Source: an uncultured bacterium
GTDB taxonomy: Bacteria; Hydrothermota; Tepidihabitantia; SM23-42
DNA length: 64,000 nt
Direction of reading: 5' to 3'
NCBI GenBank assembly: GCA_965603515.1
Contig: CBFDDH010000005.1
Coordinates: 27,886 to 91,885, forward strand
Positions within the stretch are counted from its first letter, which is position 1. Each line of letters begins with the position of its first letter. Both the position numbers and the translations under genes were made by a program. This document shows positions 45,769 to 55,662 of the stretch, one piece after another. The notes below the pieces were generated by a model. It saw nothing but the letters and a program-made list of their open reading frames with translations, did not search any database and had not been told where the DNA came from.

Positions 45769-47343
45769 TTGATTATGCGTCTTGTCACCAACGAAGAGAT
45801 GAAAAAAATAGACAAGTGGTCGATCAAAACCCTTGGTATACCTGGTTGTATTTTGATGGAAAATGCTGGCCGCGGTTGTGTAAATGTCCTTGAAGAGTAT
45901 TTTGATCTTGAAAATCTCGCCGTATTGATCGTTTGCGGTAAGGGCAATAACGGTGGTGATGGTTTTGTCATTGCCCGACATTTGCAGAACCGGGGGTCGT
46001 TTGTCAAAATAGTCCTTATTGGTCGTGGTAAAAGTCTGAAGGGCGATGCACTGCTAAATTATAAACTCGCCCGGCATGCAAAAATCGAAATTCACGAAAC
46101 AGTTGATGTCGCAAGGATCAAAAGAATTTTGAATTCATTCAACCCGGATATTATTGTTGATGCTATTTTTGGTACTGGGTTTGAAGGACCGACAAAAGGG
46201 ATGCATACTCGTTTGATCAATATGATCAATAATACTGAAAAGTTTGTGCTCTCAGTTGATATCCCTTCAGGCATTCATGGTAATGACGGTCATTTTATCA
46301 ATACCTGTATTATTGCCGACGCCACAGCAACAATGTGCTTGCCTAAACGCGGCAATTATTTGTACCCGGGCCGGGAATTGTGCGGTGATTTATACATTGT
46401 TGATATTGGCGTACCGTACAAGCTGATCAACGACGGGTTTCCCCAGGTAGTTGAATTTGATAACATATATCATTTGATGCCACCACGACCACCAGATGGG
46501 AATAAGGGAACTTTTGGTAATGTTTTGATCATTGCCGGCGCCCAGGGATTTTCAGGTGCCGCAGCAATGGCTGCGATATCTGCTTTAAAGGTCGGAGCTG
46601 GCCTTGTACGCCTGGCTGCGCCAAAAAGCATTCTAAATGCTTTGGCAGCAAAGCATTTAGAAATCGTCAAGGTGCCACTATCTGAAACCAAGGAACAAAC
46701 AATCAGCCCAGACGCTGTAAATGATCTATTACCTCATCTTGACAAAACAGATGTTGTGGTCATTGGTCCGGGTATCACGACTAACTCAAAAACTGCGGAA
46801 TTCCTGTTCAGGTTCCTGCCTCAAGTCACTGTACCACTTATTATCGATGCGGATGCTATCAATATCATCTCTAAAAATATCAGATTTTTGAAAAAACTTA
46901 ATGCACCATTTATCCTTACACCCCATCCAGGAGAACTGTCCCGGCTGATCAAACTCAGCCCGCAAGAAATAAACTCAAAACGCCTTGACTTGGCGCCATT
47001 ATTAGCCAAGAAATTCTCTGGTGTCCTTGTTCTCAAAGGTGCACCCACGATCATTGCATCATCGAGCAAAGAAACCTATATAAATCCGACCGGTAATTCT
47101 GGTCTTGCTTCAGCCGGTTCAGGTGATGTATTGGTCGGCATGATCAGTGGTTTTCTTGCCCAAAACCTCTCATTAACTGAAGCTTCAACCCTCGGTGTCT
47201 TCTTGCATGGTCTATGTGCTGACCTGGCAATGGAGAAAAACAATGAATATTCGTTGACCGCTGAAGATCTAATAGCTTATATCCCCGATTCTATAAACTA
47301 CATAATAAGGAGAGAATTTGTAGAAGATAAAAGTGATGATTAG
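45769..47343 (+). CDS. nnr: Bifunctional NAD(P)H-hydrate repair enzyme Nnr (N-terminal YjeF epimerase + C-terminal ADP-dependent dehydratase)
   Basis: 524 aa. VLIVCGKGNNGGDGFVIARHL (YjeF-N). GNVLIIAGAQGFSGAAAMAA and GSGDVLVGMISGFLAQ (carbohydrate-kinase-like C-terminus). The track start is TTG at 45769. ATG 45775 (MRLVTNEEM) would be leaderless relative to the promoter. Confidence 0.85.
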   Translation: MIMRLVTNEEMKKIDKWSIKTLGIPGCILMENAGRGCVNVLEEYFDLENLAVLIVCGKGNNGGDGFVIARHLQNRGSFVKIVLIGRGKSLKGDALLNYKLARHAKIEIHETVDVARIKRILNSFNPDIIVDAIFGTGFEGPTKGMHTRLINMINNTEKFVLSVDIPSGIHGNDGHFINTCIIADATATMCLPKRGNYLYPGRELCGDLYIVDIGVPYKLINDGFPQVVEFDNIYHLMPPRPPDGNKGTFGNVLIIAGAQGFSGAAAMAAISALKVGAGLVRLAAPKSILNALAAKHLEIVKVPLSETKEQTISPDAVNDLLPHLDKTDVVVIGPGITTNSKTAEFLFRFLPQVTVPLIIDADAINIISKNIRFLKKLNAPFILTPHPGELSRLIKLSPQEINSKRLDLAPLLAKKFSGVLVLKGAPTIIASSSKETYINPTGNSGLASAGSGDVLVGMISGFLAQNLSLTEASTLGVFLHGLCADLAMEKNNEYSLTAEDLIAYIPDSINYIIRREFVEDKSDD

Positions 47344-48787
47344 TCTACAACTTTGTACCATATTATTTGCTATAAGCACTAGCCCGCAAAATATTTTCAT
47401 GGACCGCTACACTCTTATGCCACCCCTTGGCAATATAAAATCAATCTGCGCCACACCCTTGAATGTCTTTGCAATAAGCGATAATTATCTGCTGATATTT
47501 GACAAACCGAGCTTAAACCTGGAAAAATCCATAGATTTTGACGAGGATATTGAGCTTGTGGGCTATGACCAGCAGTCCAATGACCTTTGGATCACCAGTT
47601 CTTCAAACATAATTAGATTCACCATCGCCACATATAGTATAAGAGGATACCCGATCACCAATGACGTAGAGCGCATCGGCATTGGTCTTAACTATGTCTA
47701 TCTGGATGGTTCAAAAAACTATTCATTGAACAAGCGAACTGGCGAATTAAAAAGTATAACATCATTTCCTGGCGATCTAACATGGTCCAAAAGAACTACT
47801 GATGAAGAGATCAAAACCTATAGTTTTCTCACACCCTACTATTATTTTGATGATCTCAATGAGACCCAATCACCATTTACTAAATTCTACATAAGTGCTA
47901 TCTTTGACGACGGCATCGACCTCTACGTAGGCACGAATGGCTATGGATTACTAAGATACAACAAAGTTTCCTGGTTAAAAGACCGTATTGTTTATGGACC
48001 ATTAGATAAACGAATAAAGAAAGCAAAAAAAGTCGGCGATAAAATAGCCTTCATATCAAACCTCGGTATATCATACCTCGAAGATACTGATAAAGCCTGG
48101 CAGTACCAGCGCTTCACCCATCAAATCGCTGATGTTCTATACCAAGGCCATAATTTCATTGTCTCCTTTGAAAACCTGATTTCCCGAACTCATGGAGGAG
48201 TACTTATCACCATCAGTAATATGGATGACAATATCCTCTGTCTTAGCAGCGATGATACACTAGTGTATATCGGTACATCATCTGGGTTATATAAAATGTA
48301 TCATGGTATGTCTAAAGTGATGCCTTTTGGGCCCTATAAATTCGCCGTGCATTCGGTTTATCCAATGAACAATGAAATATTTGTCGGTGGTGAGACTGGT
48401 TTTTTCAAGTATGACAAAACAAACAAAAAATGGACAAAAGAACTGGGGTTTGGTGTAAAGCATATCGTAGAATTGAATAAAACGCTCTACCTACTTGCCA
48501 CGAACAACCAAATAATACAATACAAGAAGATGAAACAAGATCTAAACACTGATACTACCGAGATTCTCTTGCCATATTTTAATATCTATGATATCGCATC
48601 AGACGAGGAGGTCATCTACTGCGCCTCCTATGCTGGCATCTACTATTTTGAACCGGAAACCGACGCATATCGGGTAGTCTATAATCTACCGCGCATTAAG
48701 TTTGATCACGTCTTTGTACTTAATGACAACATCATCGCCGTATCCGCTAAAAATATCTATTCTCTGCCCATAAAGTACCGGGATTGA
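47333..48787 (+). CDS. Hypothetical secreted protein (signal peptide; probable beta-propeller-like repeats)
   Basis: 484 aa, no recognisable catalytic motif. 11-nt overlap with nnr. Confidence 0.45.
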   Translation: MMISLQLCTILFAISTSPQNIFMDRYTLMPPLGNIKSICATPLNVFAISDNYLLIFDKPSLNLEKSIDFDEDIELVGYDQQSNDLWITSSSNIIRFTIATYSIRGYPITNDVERIGIGLNYVYLDGSKNYSLNKRTGELKSITSFPGDLTWSKRTTDEEIKTYSFLTPYYYFDDLNETQSPFTKFYISAIFDDGIDLYVGTNGYGLLRYNKVSWLKDRIVYGPLDKRIKKAKKVGDKIAFISNLGISYLEDTDKAWQYQRFTHQIADVLYQGHNFIVSFENLISRTHGGVLITISNMDDNILCLSSDDTLVYIGTSSGLYKMYHGMSKVMPFGPYKFAVHSVYPMNNEIFVGGETGFFKYDKTNKKWTKELGFGVKHIVELNKTLYLLATNNQIIQYKKMKQDLNTDTTEILLPYFNIYDIASDEEVIYCASYAGIYYFEPETDAYRVVYNLPRIKFDHVFVLNDNIIAVSAKNIYSLPIKYRD

Positions 48788-48828
48788 CACTGATTACATT
48801 TTTCAAAAGATGATAACTAATTACTATT

Positions 48829-49578
48829 ATGTCTGGGAATAGAATAAGTTTTATTGATCATCTCGAAGAATTAAGGAAAAGAATACTATATTCGATAATC
48901 TGCATCGGTGCATTCTCAATAATCGGCTTTTTCTTTGCAAGAAATCTACTGAACATAATCATTAATCAAGCACAACTTGGATCGACTTACTTCTTTACAC
49001 CGCTCGAGGCTTTTACCACGCATATCAAAATAGCGATATTCATCGGCATATTCGTAGCTTTTCCATTTATCCTGTATCAAAGCTGGGCCTTTATTGGACC
49101 AGGTTTAACTAGAACCGAAAGGAAAATTTCCTTTTCCTATATGTTTTTCGGTCTTCTATTATTCCTCATTGGAAATATGTTCGGTTATTTTATACTCATA
49201 CCGTTAGGCCTCAAGTTCCTCTTGGGTTTTGGCACTGAGTATCTCCAACCGCTTATGAACGTCAGTAAGTACATTGGTTTCATATTCTGGTGTCTTTTGG
49301 GATCAGGCATACTTTTTCAGTTACCGCTCATGCTTTTTTTCCTAATTAAACTGGGTGTAGTTGACGTAGAGACAGTCAGGAAACACCGGCCCGAAGCGAT
49401 CGTCATAATCCTTATATTATGTGCTATCATAACACCTACTGGTGATTTCTTCACGCTTTTGCTTATCACGGTTCCCTTACTATTTTTATTTGAATTGAGT
49501 GTGTTTATTGCTGGAATCACTCAAAAGAAGCCAAAGAAGAACAAGCTGACCGAGAATCAGAACTTCCCAGCTTCTTAA
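48829..49578 (+). CDS. tatC: Twin-arginine translocase subunit TatC
   Basis: 249 aa, 6 TM segments. SFIDHLEELRKRIL N-terminus typical of TatC. Confidence 0.85.
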   Translation: MSGNRISFIDHLEELRKRILYSIICIGAFSIIGFFFARNLLNIIINQAQLGSTYFFTPLEAFTTHIKIAIFIGIFVAFPFILYQSWAFIGPGLTRTERKISFSYMFFGLLLFLIGNMFGYFILIPLGLKFLLGFGTEYLQPLMNVSKYIGFIFWCLLGSGILFQLPLMLFFLIKLGVVDVETVRKHRPEAIVIILILCAIITPTGDFFTLLLITVPLLFLFELSVFIAGITQKKPKKNKLTENQNFPAS

Positions 49579-49641
49579 GTTCATTTTTCCCATTAAACCA
49601 TAGCCCATAATAGGACGTCTTATTAACTGAGAGGAGGCAAT

Positions 49642-50559
49642 ATGAAATACGCGAAAATGCTAATGCTTTTGCCGCTGATTGCAGTATTTGTAGTCGGTTG
49701 TGCCAAAGAGAACGATGAAGATGCAATTCAGGCTTTGCTTGAGTCTTCATGGTTTGTCGGCGACGGTGCGATCCGCAGCGCTGATGACAGTACCAATGTA
49801 CCAGAGGGTCAGGATGGACCTGATTTTCTCGCTGACACGATCGGTTATGTCCGTTGGGTAAGATGGATTGAACGCCCAGTCGAGCGCGAATTCTACATAG
49901 TCGTAAATGGTGATAGTGCTGATGTAACGATCACCGCACATTTCCATGGTGAGCCGTTTGGTTATGGCATTTTCGTAAATAATGATCCACTTGGTCCAGT
50001 ATACCAACGTGCCATATCAGACAGTGTCATCCGCAAGGTTAAACTTTACCGAGACGATAATAACCGCTGGCGCCTTGCAAGCTTCACGGTAGCTGATATT
50101 TACACAATTGGGACAGATAATCCTGTGACGATCACTGAACTCAGAGCGAGAGTTGAAAGCCGCGACTATGAATTTATCGTGACCAGCGCAGACACATATT
50201 TTGAAAAAGATGAGTTGCCCATTTTCTACCCGTCAGATACTGTTTTGGTCTCAGTAATATGTAGTTGTCAGGATGATTCAACATGGGCATTCCTGCACCA
50301 CGGCACTGGTCACCGACCTGGTGCTGGTTTCCATATCAGACAACCATTCTATCGTGATAATACAACGGAATTTAGCAGAACCTGGATAATCGCTGAGGAT
50401 TCTATTATCCACACACCCGCGGTCAGACACAGTGCAACCGATATCCTAGGTTGGCAAACCCTGTTTGGCGATTCAGCTGCAACATACTATGCCAGGGCAT
50501 GGTGTTTGCCCTATATTGTCATGGAACCGGGTGAGGAAATGCCCGACGACGAAGAATAA
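49642..50559 (+). CDS. Hypothetical lipoprotein
   Basis: Signal peptide + lipobox-like VVGC. GAGGAGG RBS. 305 aa. Confidence 0.5.
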   Translation: MKYAKMLMLLPLIAVFVVGCAKENDEDAIQALLESSWFVGDGAIRSADDSTNVPEGQDGPDFLADTIGYVRWVRWIERPVEREFYIVVNGDSADVTITAHFHGEPFGYGIFVNNDPLGPVYQRAISDSVIRKVKLYRDDNNRWRLASFTVADIYTIGTDNPVTITELRARVESRDYEFIVTSADTYFEKDELPIFYPSDTVLVSVICSCQDDSTWAFLHHGTGHRPGAGFHIRQPFYRDNTTEFSRTWIIAEDSIIHTPAVRHSATDILGWQTLFGDSAATYYARAWCLPYIVMEPGEEMPDDEE

Positions 50560-50570
50560 AAAAGGGAAAT

Positions 50571-50603
50571 ATGCTAGAGGGGGCCTAATGCCCCCTCTAG
50601 CAT
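50571..50603 (+). terminator. 14-bp perfect-stem hairpin ATGCTAGAGGGGGC-CTAAT-GCCCCCTCTAGCAT after the lipoprotein gene
   Basis: Seen directly, 12 nt after the stop codon. Weak U-tract. Confidence 0.5.
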
Positions 50604-50643
50604 TTAAGGTTCCATGCCTCAACCCGGCAACTATTTTTCTCCT

Positions 50644-50670
50644 TGACTTTCCATTTTTTTATTATATAAT
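50644..50670 (+). promoter_or_regulatory. Candidate promoter for tRNA-Ala (TTGACT ... TATAAT). A second TATAAT at 50681-50686 sits 6 nt before the tRNA.
   Basis: TTGACT 50644-50649, TATAAT 50665-50670 (short 15-nt spacer). Alternative -10 at 50681-50686. Confidence 0.35.
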
Positions 50671-50691
50671 TTCTTTGTTTTATAATATAAT

Positions 50692-50764
50692 GGGGCCGTA
50701 GCCCAGTTGGGAGAGCGCTTGACTGGCAGTCAAGAGGCCACGGGTTCGAATCCCGTCGGCTCCA
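50692..50764 (+). tRNA. tRNA-Ala (anticodon GGC)
   Basis: Cloverleaf folded by hand. Acceptor stem GGGGCCG/CGGCUCC with the G3:U70 alanine identity pair. Anticodon stem CUUGA/UCAAG, loop CU-GGC-AG. T-loop GGTTCGAATCC. Discriminator A. CCA not encoded. Confidence 0.85.
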
Positions 50765-50786
50765 TAACTTAAGAAATGGAGGTATA

Positions 50787-51989
50787 ATGAACATGATCCT
50801 AAAAGCAAGATATTTGGTCTTTATTTTGGTAGGCTTAATTGTCATCAGTTGTGCACCTATTCAGACAACAAGCAAACCGGATATTCAAGACCCCATTGTC
50901 CAACCTACGGAAGAAAACCCTGAAGCTTTATATGCTTTTGCTCTGGAATACTATAAGCAAAGCAATTTTGATGAAACGATCAATAAATGCCAGGAAGCCA
51001 TAAAGATAAAACATGATTACTATGCAGCATATATTCTTCTGGCCAAAGCTTATCGTGCCAAGCGTGACCTTGTCAATGCCGAGGCGACCTATGCCGCAGC
51101 TAAAAAAACAGACCCTATGGATCCGAGGGCATATGAAGGACTCGCAGCATTGTATGCGGAAACTCAACGGTATGGTGAGGCGATCATAGAATATCAAAGT
51201 GGTTTAATGGCTGATTCCACGAGTGTCAATCTGCTCAATGGTCTCGGTTATATCTATATGAAAACAAAAGAATACGACAAAGCCCTTTCATATTATAATA
51301 AAAGCCTTAAATATGAACCAGATAATCTTTCGACCCAGTTCGCTATAGCCTCGGTCTATATTGAAAAAGATAAACCCAACAAAGCCATTTCGTATCTCGA
51401 AGAACTGGTGAAGTTGAAACCAAAAAACCTCGAGGTAAGAACAAAACTTGCCGAGACCCTCGTTGATTTAAAGCGTTACAAAGAAGCAGCTGTACAGTAC
51501 GAGTATCTAGTAGCGCAAGAACCTGACAACTACCTTTTCAGACTCAAATTAGGACTCGTCTGTCAGCGTCAGAAACAATATACGAAAGCAGAAGTTGAAT
51601 ACAAAGAGGCGCAAAAACTGGAACCTAATAAAGCCTTACCTTTATTCTATCTTGCCGATCTCAATATCTCGCGGGGCAAATATGGTTCAGCTGAGAGCTA
51701 TATCAAAGAAGCTCGGAAAATTGAACCAAATAACCTTTATGCCTATGTCTTGCTCGGTGATATCTATGAAAGAAGGGGCTGGGCAGCCAAACAAGCATGG
51801 GATAAAAATAAAGCCAAGAAGAGCTGTCCAACATTACACGCGGCTTTGAGTAATTTTCGCAGTGCGATCGCCTATTATTCAAAGGCCCGGGTTGACAGCA
51901 AATACAGCTCCTATGCGGGTAATGAAATAACGCGTTGCAATAAATGGATAAAAGGGCTTGAAGAAGATAAATGGTTCTATTGTAAATAA
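50787..51989 (+). CDS. TPR-repeat lipoprotein
   Basis: 400 aa. Signal peptide + Cys (VISCAP). More than 8 TPR-like 34-aa repeats (AYxxLAxxY periodicity). Confidence 0.7.
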   Translation: MNMILKARYLVFILVGLIVISCAPIQTTSKPDIQDPIVQPTEENPEALYAFALEYYKQSNFDETINKCQEAIKIKHDYYAAYILLAKAYRAKRDLVNAEATYAAAKKTDPMDPRAYEGLAALYAETQRYGEAIIEYQSGLMADSTSVNLLNGLGYIYMKTKEYDKALSYYNKSLKYEPDNLSTQFAIASVYIEKDKPNKAISYLEELVKLKPKNLEVRTKLAETLVDLKRYKEAAVQYEYLVAQEPDNYLFRLKLGLVCQRQKQYTKAEVEYKEAQKLEPNKALPLFYLADLNISRGKYGSAESYIKEARKIEPNNLYAYVLLGDIYERRGWAAKQAWDKNKAKKSCPTLHAALSNFRSAIAYYSKARVDSKYSSYAGNEITRCNKWIKGLEEDKWFYCK

Positions 51990-52368
51990 CCGTGGGGGAA
52001 ATATGAAAAACAAAGGCATTTCTGGTTTTGGCGCCATCATAATAATACTAATTATACTGGTAATTGGATATGGCGCCTATCAAATCTTCAGGGTCCACCT
52101 GACCCGCAGCACAATCGCGGAAAAGGTTACACATGCTGCAAAGATTGGTTATGCAATGCGGGATAATGAAATAATCAACCAGCTTACGAAAGAAGCAAAA
52201 GAGGCTAACGTTATGTTGAACCCGGATTCAATTTTCATCGATCGAACGGTAACGGATTCATTGAGGATTTATGTTGCTTATGATGATTCAACCAGTATTC
52301 TGGGATTATTCACATATTCGAAACATTTTGTTGTCGATAAAATAGAGCTAATTGAGATCAAATTCTAA
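51958..52368 (+). CDS. Small membrane-anchored hypothetical protein (likely start at M 52003)
   Basis: Single N-terminal TM (ISGFGAIIIILIILVIGYGAYQIF). Confidence 0.4.
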   Translation: MKKINGSIVNNRGGNMKNKGISGFGAIIIILIILVIGYGAYQIFRVHLTRSTIAEKVTHAAKIGYAMRDNEIINQLTKEAKEANVMLNPDSIFIDRTVTDSLRIYVAYDDSTSILGLFTYSKHFVVDKIELIEIKF

Positions 52369-52874
52369 TGCTCCGGACGCCAGTCCTGCTGTTAAACCAA
52401 AACTATGAACCATTAACGATATTGCGCGTCAAAAGGGCGATTACATTACTGATTTTAGATAAAGTAGACCTCATAGAAAACATAGATGGTATCCTGATTC
52501 ACACCATCAGTATTACGTACCGCGTTCCATCAGTGATCAGGCTGAAGTATTATGTCTGCATCAAACGTAAAGAAATATCATTGACCAAGAAGAATATTAT
52601 CAAACGCGATAATCATCAATGTCAATACTGCGGTAAGAAAACCGGTATTATGACAACCGACCATATAATACCTAAAGCCCTCGGTGGAAGTGACACATGG
52701 GAGAACCTTGTATGCGCGTGTCTGGAGTGCAACAACAGAAAAGGAAATCGGGTACCAAAGGATGCTTCAATGAAACTATTTAGAAAATCGAAGAAACCGA
52801 ATTATTTCACTTTCGTGTTGAATGAATTCGGTCCGCCCAAAACAAAATGGCGACCCTTTCTATTTCAATCATAG
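52368..52874 (+). CDS. HNH endonuclease family protein
   Basis: 168 aa. NHQCQYCGKK...TTDHIIPKALGGSDTWENLVCACLECNNRKGN (HNH with zinc-finger Cys pairs). Confidence 0.8.
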   Translation: MLRTPVLLLNQNYEPLTILRVKRAITLLILDKVDLIENIDGILIHTISITYRVPSVIRLKYYVCIKRKEISLTKKNIIKRDNHQCQYCGKKTGIMTTDHIIPKALGGSDTWENLVCACLECNNRKGNRVPKDASMKLFRKSKKPNYFTFVLNEFGPPKTKWRPFLFQS

Positions 52875-52886
52875 TACTGTGCAACA

Positions 52887-54185
52887 TTGTTAGACGTTCT
52901 TAACTTCCTGCTCTTTTTATCAATGTCGAATATGCAGCAAGATATTGTAATTGAAATCCACGGTAACCGATTTTTTTCATCACAGTACTTACTCAAAGAA
53001 AAAAACGGAACAACAAACAGCTCTGACGTGGAAAAATTAACAAAAGCCATTATCCGCAAGTATGCAGAAGCGGGGTTTGCTTTCTGTCGCATCTATCCGT
53101 CGGTTATTTATAGTGATAACATCATTGAAAAAGTGGTTCTTATGGTAGAAGAAAATAAGCGAATAATGGTCGCTGATTATCTTTTTGCTATCCATGGCCG
53201 TACTGATCTAGGTCCCGTACGTAAAGTCGCAGACATTGAACCGGGAACCTATTTCTCCAGCCGGGCTCTTACCCGTACTAAAAAAAACCTCATCAAAACC
53301 GAGGTCTTCAGTTCAGTCCAAGAGAACATTGTATTGAGAGATGGTGACTACTATGTCTTACTCGAACTAAAAGAAGAACCAAGTGATAATTTGACTGCCT
53401 ACGGTGCGTTGAGTGAAGATAAGTACGATTTTAGTATTATTTACAGTACTAAAAACCTACTCGGTACCTTACGCCGATTGAGTTTTCTGTATGATTATGA
53501 GACCCTCTTTTCACTCGATTTCACAGAACCGATCCTAATACACCCGATCGCCTTAAACGGCAATTTTTCGCTCTGGACATATGACAGTGTTCGTCTCGTC
53601 AAATTTACTGGTCAGGTAACCGCGCCGATCGGTGAATACTTTGACGTTTCTTTGATATCCGGGGTTGAATCCTTTTCGTATTTTGGTGAGGATAGTTCCA
53701 GCCAACGATATTCTGATAAGTTCGTAGGTATTGGCCAGGACTTTAATTACGAATCATCATTTTGGTCGTATTCTCAGCAGACTAGGTATGAATACCTTCT
53801 GCGCCAATACGACCGGTGGCGGTTTCAATATGATGCTGAATTTCAAATCGTGAAAATGAATGTAAGACCCCACTACCACTTTGTAGAAACCGATTCATTC
53901 GAGTATTTTGATTACTACCGAATTGGCGGTGCACAAGATCTACGTGGTTATCTTGAAGAAGAATTCTATCTTAGAAGTGCTGTTTGGGTCAACTTCGAAT
54001 ACAAGAAACTCTTTATCTACCCGTTGTTTGATATAGGCTGGATCCAGGATGAAATAAAGTACTCCTACGGTTTTGGTATAACAATAGCATCTAATGCGCT
54101 GGACGCCGCAATCATCTTTGCGTGGCCAAAACAGAGTACCTGGCAAGACGGCAAGATTCATTTAATGTTAGAAAAAGGGTTTTAA
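52887..54185 (+). CDS. Putative outer-membrane protein (POTRA-like N-domain + beta-barrel, Omp85/TpsB-like; tentative)
   Basis: 432 aa, ends ...LMLEKGF. Alternating beta-strand pattern in the C-terminal 250 aa. Confidence 0.4.
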   Translation: MLDVLNFLLFLSMSNMQQDIVIEIHGNRFFSSQYLLKEKNGTTNSSDVEKLTKAIIRKYAEAGFAFCRIYPSVIYSDNIIEKVVLMVEENKRIMVADYLFAIHGRTDLGPVRKVADIEPGTYFSSRALTRTKKNLIKTEVFSSVQENIVLRDGDYYVLLELKEEPSDNLTAYGALSEDKYDFSIIYSTKNLLGTLRRLSFLYDYETLFSLDFTEPILIHPIALNGNFSLWTYDSVRLVKFTGQVTAPIGEYFDVSLISGVESFSYFGEDSSSQRYSDKFVGIGQDFNYESSFWSYSQQTRYEYLLRQYDRWRFQYDAEFQIVKMNVRPHYHFVETDSFEYFDYYRIGGAQDLRGYLEEEFYLRSAVWVNFEYKKLFIYPLFDIGWIQDEIKYSYGFGITIASNALDAAIIFAWPKQSTWQDGKIHLMLEKGF

Positions 54186-54306
54186 TATAATGTCAAATAA
54201 CAAATGAATGCCAAATGTTTGAATTACAGAAATTTGTCCATTGGGTTTTTGAAATTGAATTGACCTTTGAAATTTGGTATTTGTCATTAATAAATAGGAG
54301 GTTTTA

Positions 54307-55662
54307 GTGTTATTATTTATTTTGCTCACCTATACGATCCCACCTGACTCACCGATAATGGATAATATTGAATATTTGCAGATTAGAGGTCTTATTGACA
54401 TTCCTTCGATAAGACCCTATGAAGCAGAGTGGGTCATTTCGCAGATAGATGAGCTCCTTATCAATGATGTCAAACTCAATCCATTAGACCGAAAAATCAT
54501 ATCACTTTTCAACCTGATTCTAACAAAAAACCAGGATTTCTCATATCTGGTTCACCTTAGTGGCGCCTACCAATTAGAACCAGAATATGGACATGGTTTT
54601 CTCGATGCGCGCTTAGGTGGACAATTAGCTAAAAACATCAAATTCTCCCAGGCATTGAGGCTTCAGCGGGCTTCAGACATCGATACATCCGGACCAAAAC
54701 CCTGGCATGACTTCCAGTTTTATCTAACTGAAGGATTAATGAAAATGGAATCTGGTATCGTACATTTTGATATCGGCCGTAGAAATTACGTACTTGGCTT
54801 TGGTGACGATAATGACCTCCTTTTCTCGCTTGACTCTGAAGGATATGACAGTTATTTGTTATTCATACCTACTCGCTACTTTGAATTCTTCAATATCTTT
54901 TCGGTTCTCGATATTTCCCAAAACCGCTACATCTCAATCCACCGTATTGGAATAGACCTGAAGAAATTCCTGAAACTAGGGTTTAGCGAAACCCTGCTCT
55001 TTGGCCAATCGCTTGAACCACTATATTTGAATCCTTTTTTGCCCTTTTATCTATCGCAATGGGGACTGGACCGCAATGATAATATCATGTGGTGCTTTGA
55101 TGTCCAGTTACGACTGTTCAAATCTGTTCTCTACGGTGAATTGCTGATCGATGATTATATGTATGAAGATGATCCATACCCTGATAAGCTGGCTTACAAA
55201 ATAGGTTTTAAATCAGTAGTACTTAACAATTTTTTAGTGAAGCTAAACTACACCTTTGTTGATAAGTGGGTGTATACGCACCGGATACAGGACAATATTT
55301 ATGTACGCGGTACCCATCCCCTGGGTTTTCCCCTGGGCAATGATGTTGACCAGTTATCCTGCAGTGTAAAATTCATGAATCGATTCGATCTATACCCTAA
55401 ACTTGAGATTGAATATGTAAGAAAAGGACAGGGGAGTATCTTTTTGCCTTACGAGCAAGAAGGTGGCACATGGAAACCTCCTTTTCCATCTGGTATAGTT
55501 GAGAAAAAACTCCAGATCGATTTTGGATTTGACTATATGCTCCGTTATAATTTCTATCTTAAAGTCAAGGCTGGTCAACGCTTTTGGCGCAATCACGGGC
55601 ATTTATCAGGTAATGACCTGAATGATACAACCTTTGATCTCAGCTTGTGGGCTGTACTTTAG
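54307..55662 (+). CDS. Hypothetical protein (GTG start), probably an outer-membrane beta-barrel
   Basis: 451 aa. AGGAGG RBS 8 nt upstream of the GTG. Aromatic-rich beta-strand periodicity. Confidence 0.4.
   Translation: MLLFILLTYTIPPDSPIMDNIEYLQIRGLIDIPSIRPYEAEWVISQIDELLINDVKLNPLDRKIISLFNLILTKNQDFSYLVHLSGAYQLEPEYGHGFLDARLGGQLAKNIKFSQALRLQRASDIDTSGPKPWHDFQFYLTEGLMKMESGIVHFDIGRRNYVLGFGDDNDLLFSLDSEGYDSYLLFIPTRYFEFFNIFSVLDISQNRYISIHRIGIDLKKFLKLGFSETLLFGQSLEPLYLNPFLPFYLSQWGLDRNDNIMWCFDVQLRLFKSVLYGELLIDDYMYEDDPYPDKLAYKIGFKSVVLNNFLVKLNYTFVDKWVYTHRIQDNIYVRGTHPLGFPLGNDVDQLSCSVKFMNRFDLYPKLEIEYVRKGQGSIFLPYEQEGGTWKPPFPSGIVEKKLQIDFGFDYMLRYNFYLKVKAGQRFWRNHGHLSGNDLNDTTFDLSLWAVL

Noticed and set aside
50692-50764. 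Possibility that the tRNA is tRNA-Sec (which would support the Sec findings)
   Set aside because: 73 nt, 7-bp acceptor stem, anticodon GGC, G3:U70 pair. This is a standard tRNA-Ala, not the long-variable-arm UCA-anticodon tRNA-Sec. Sec machinery must lie outside the window.
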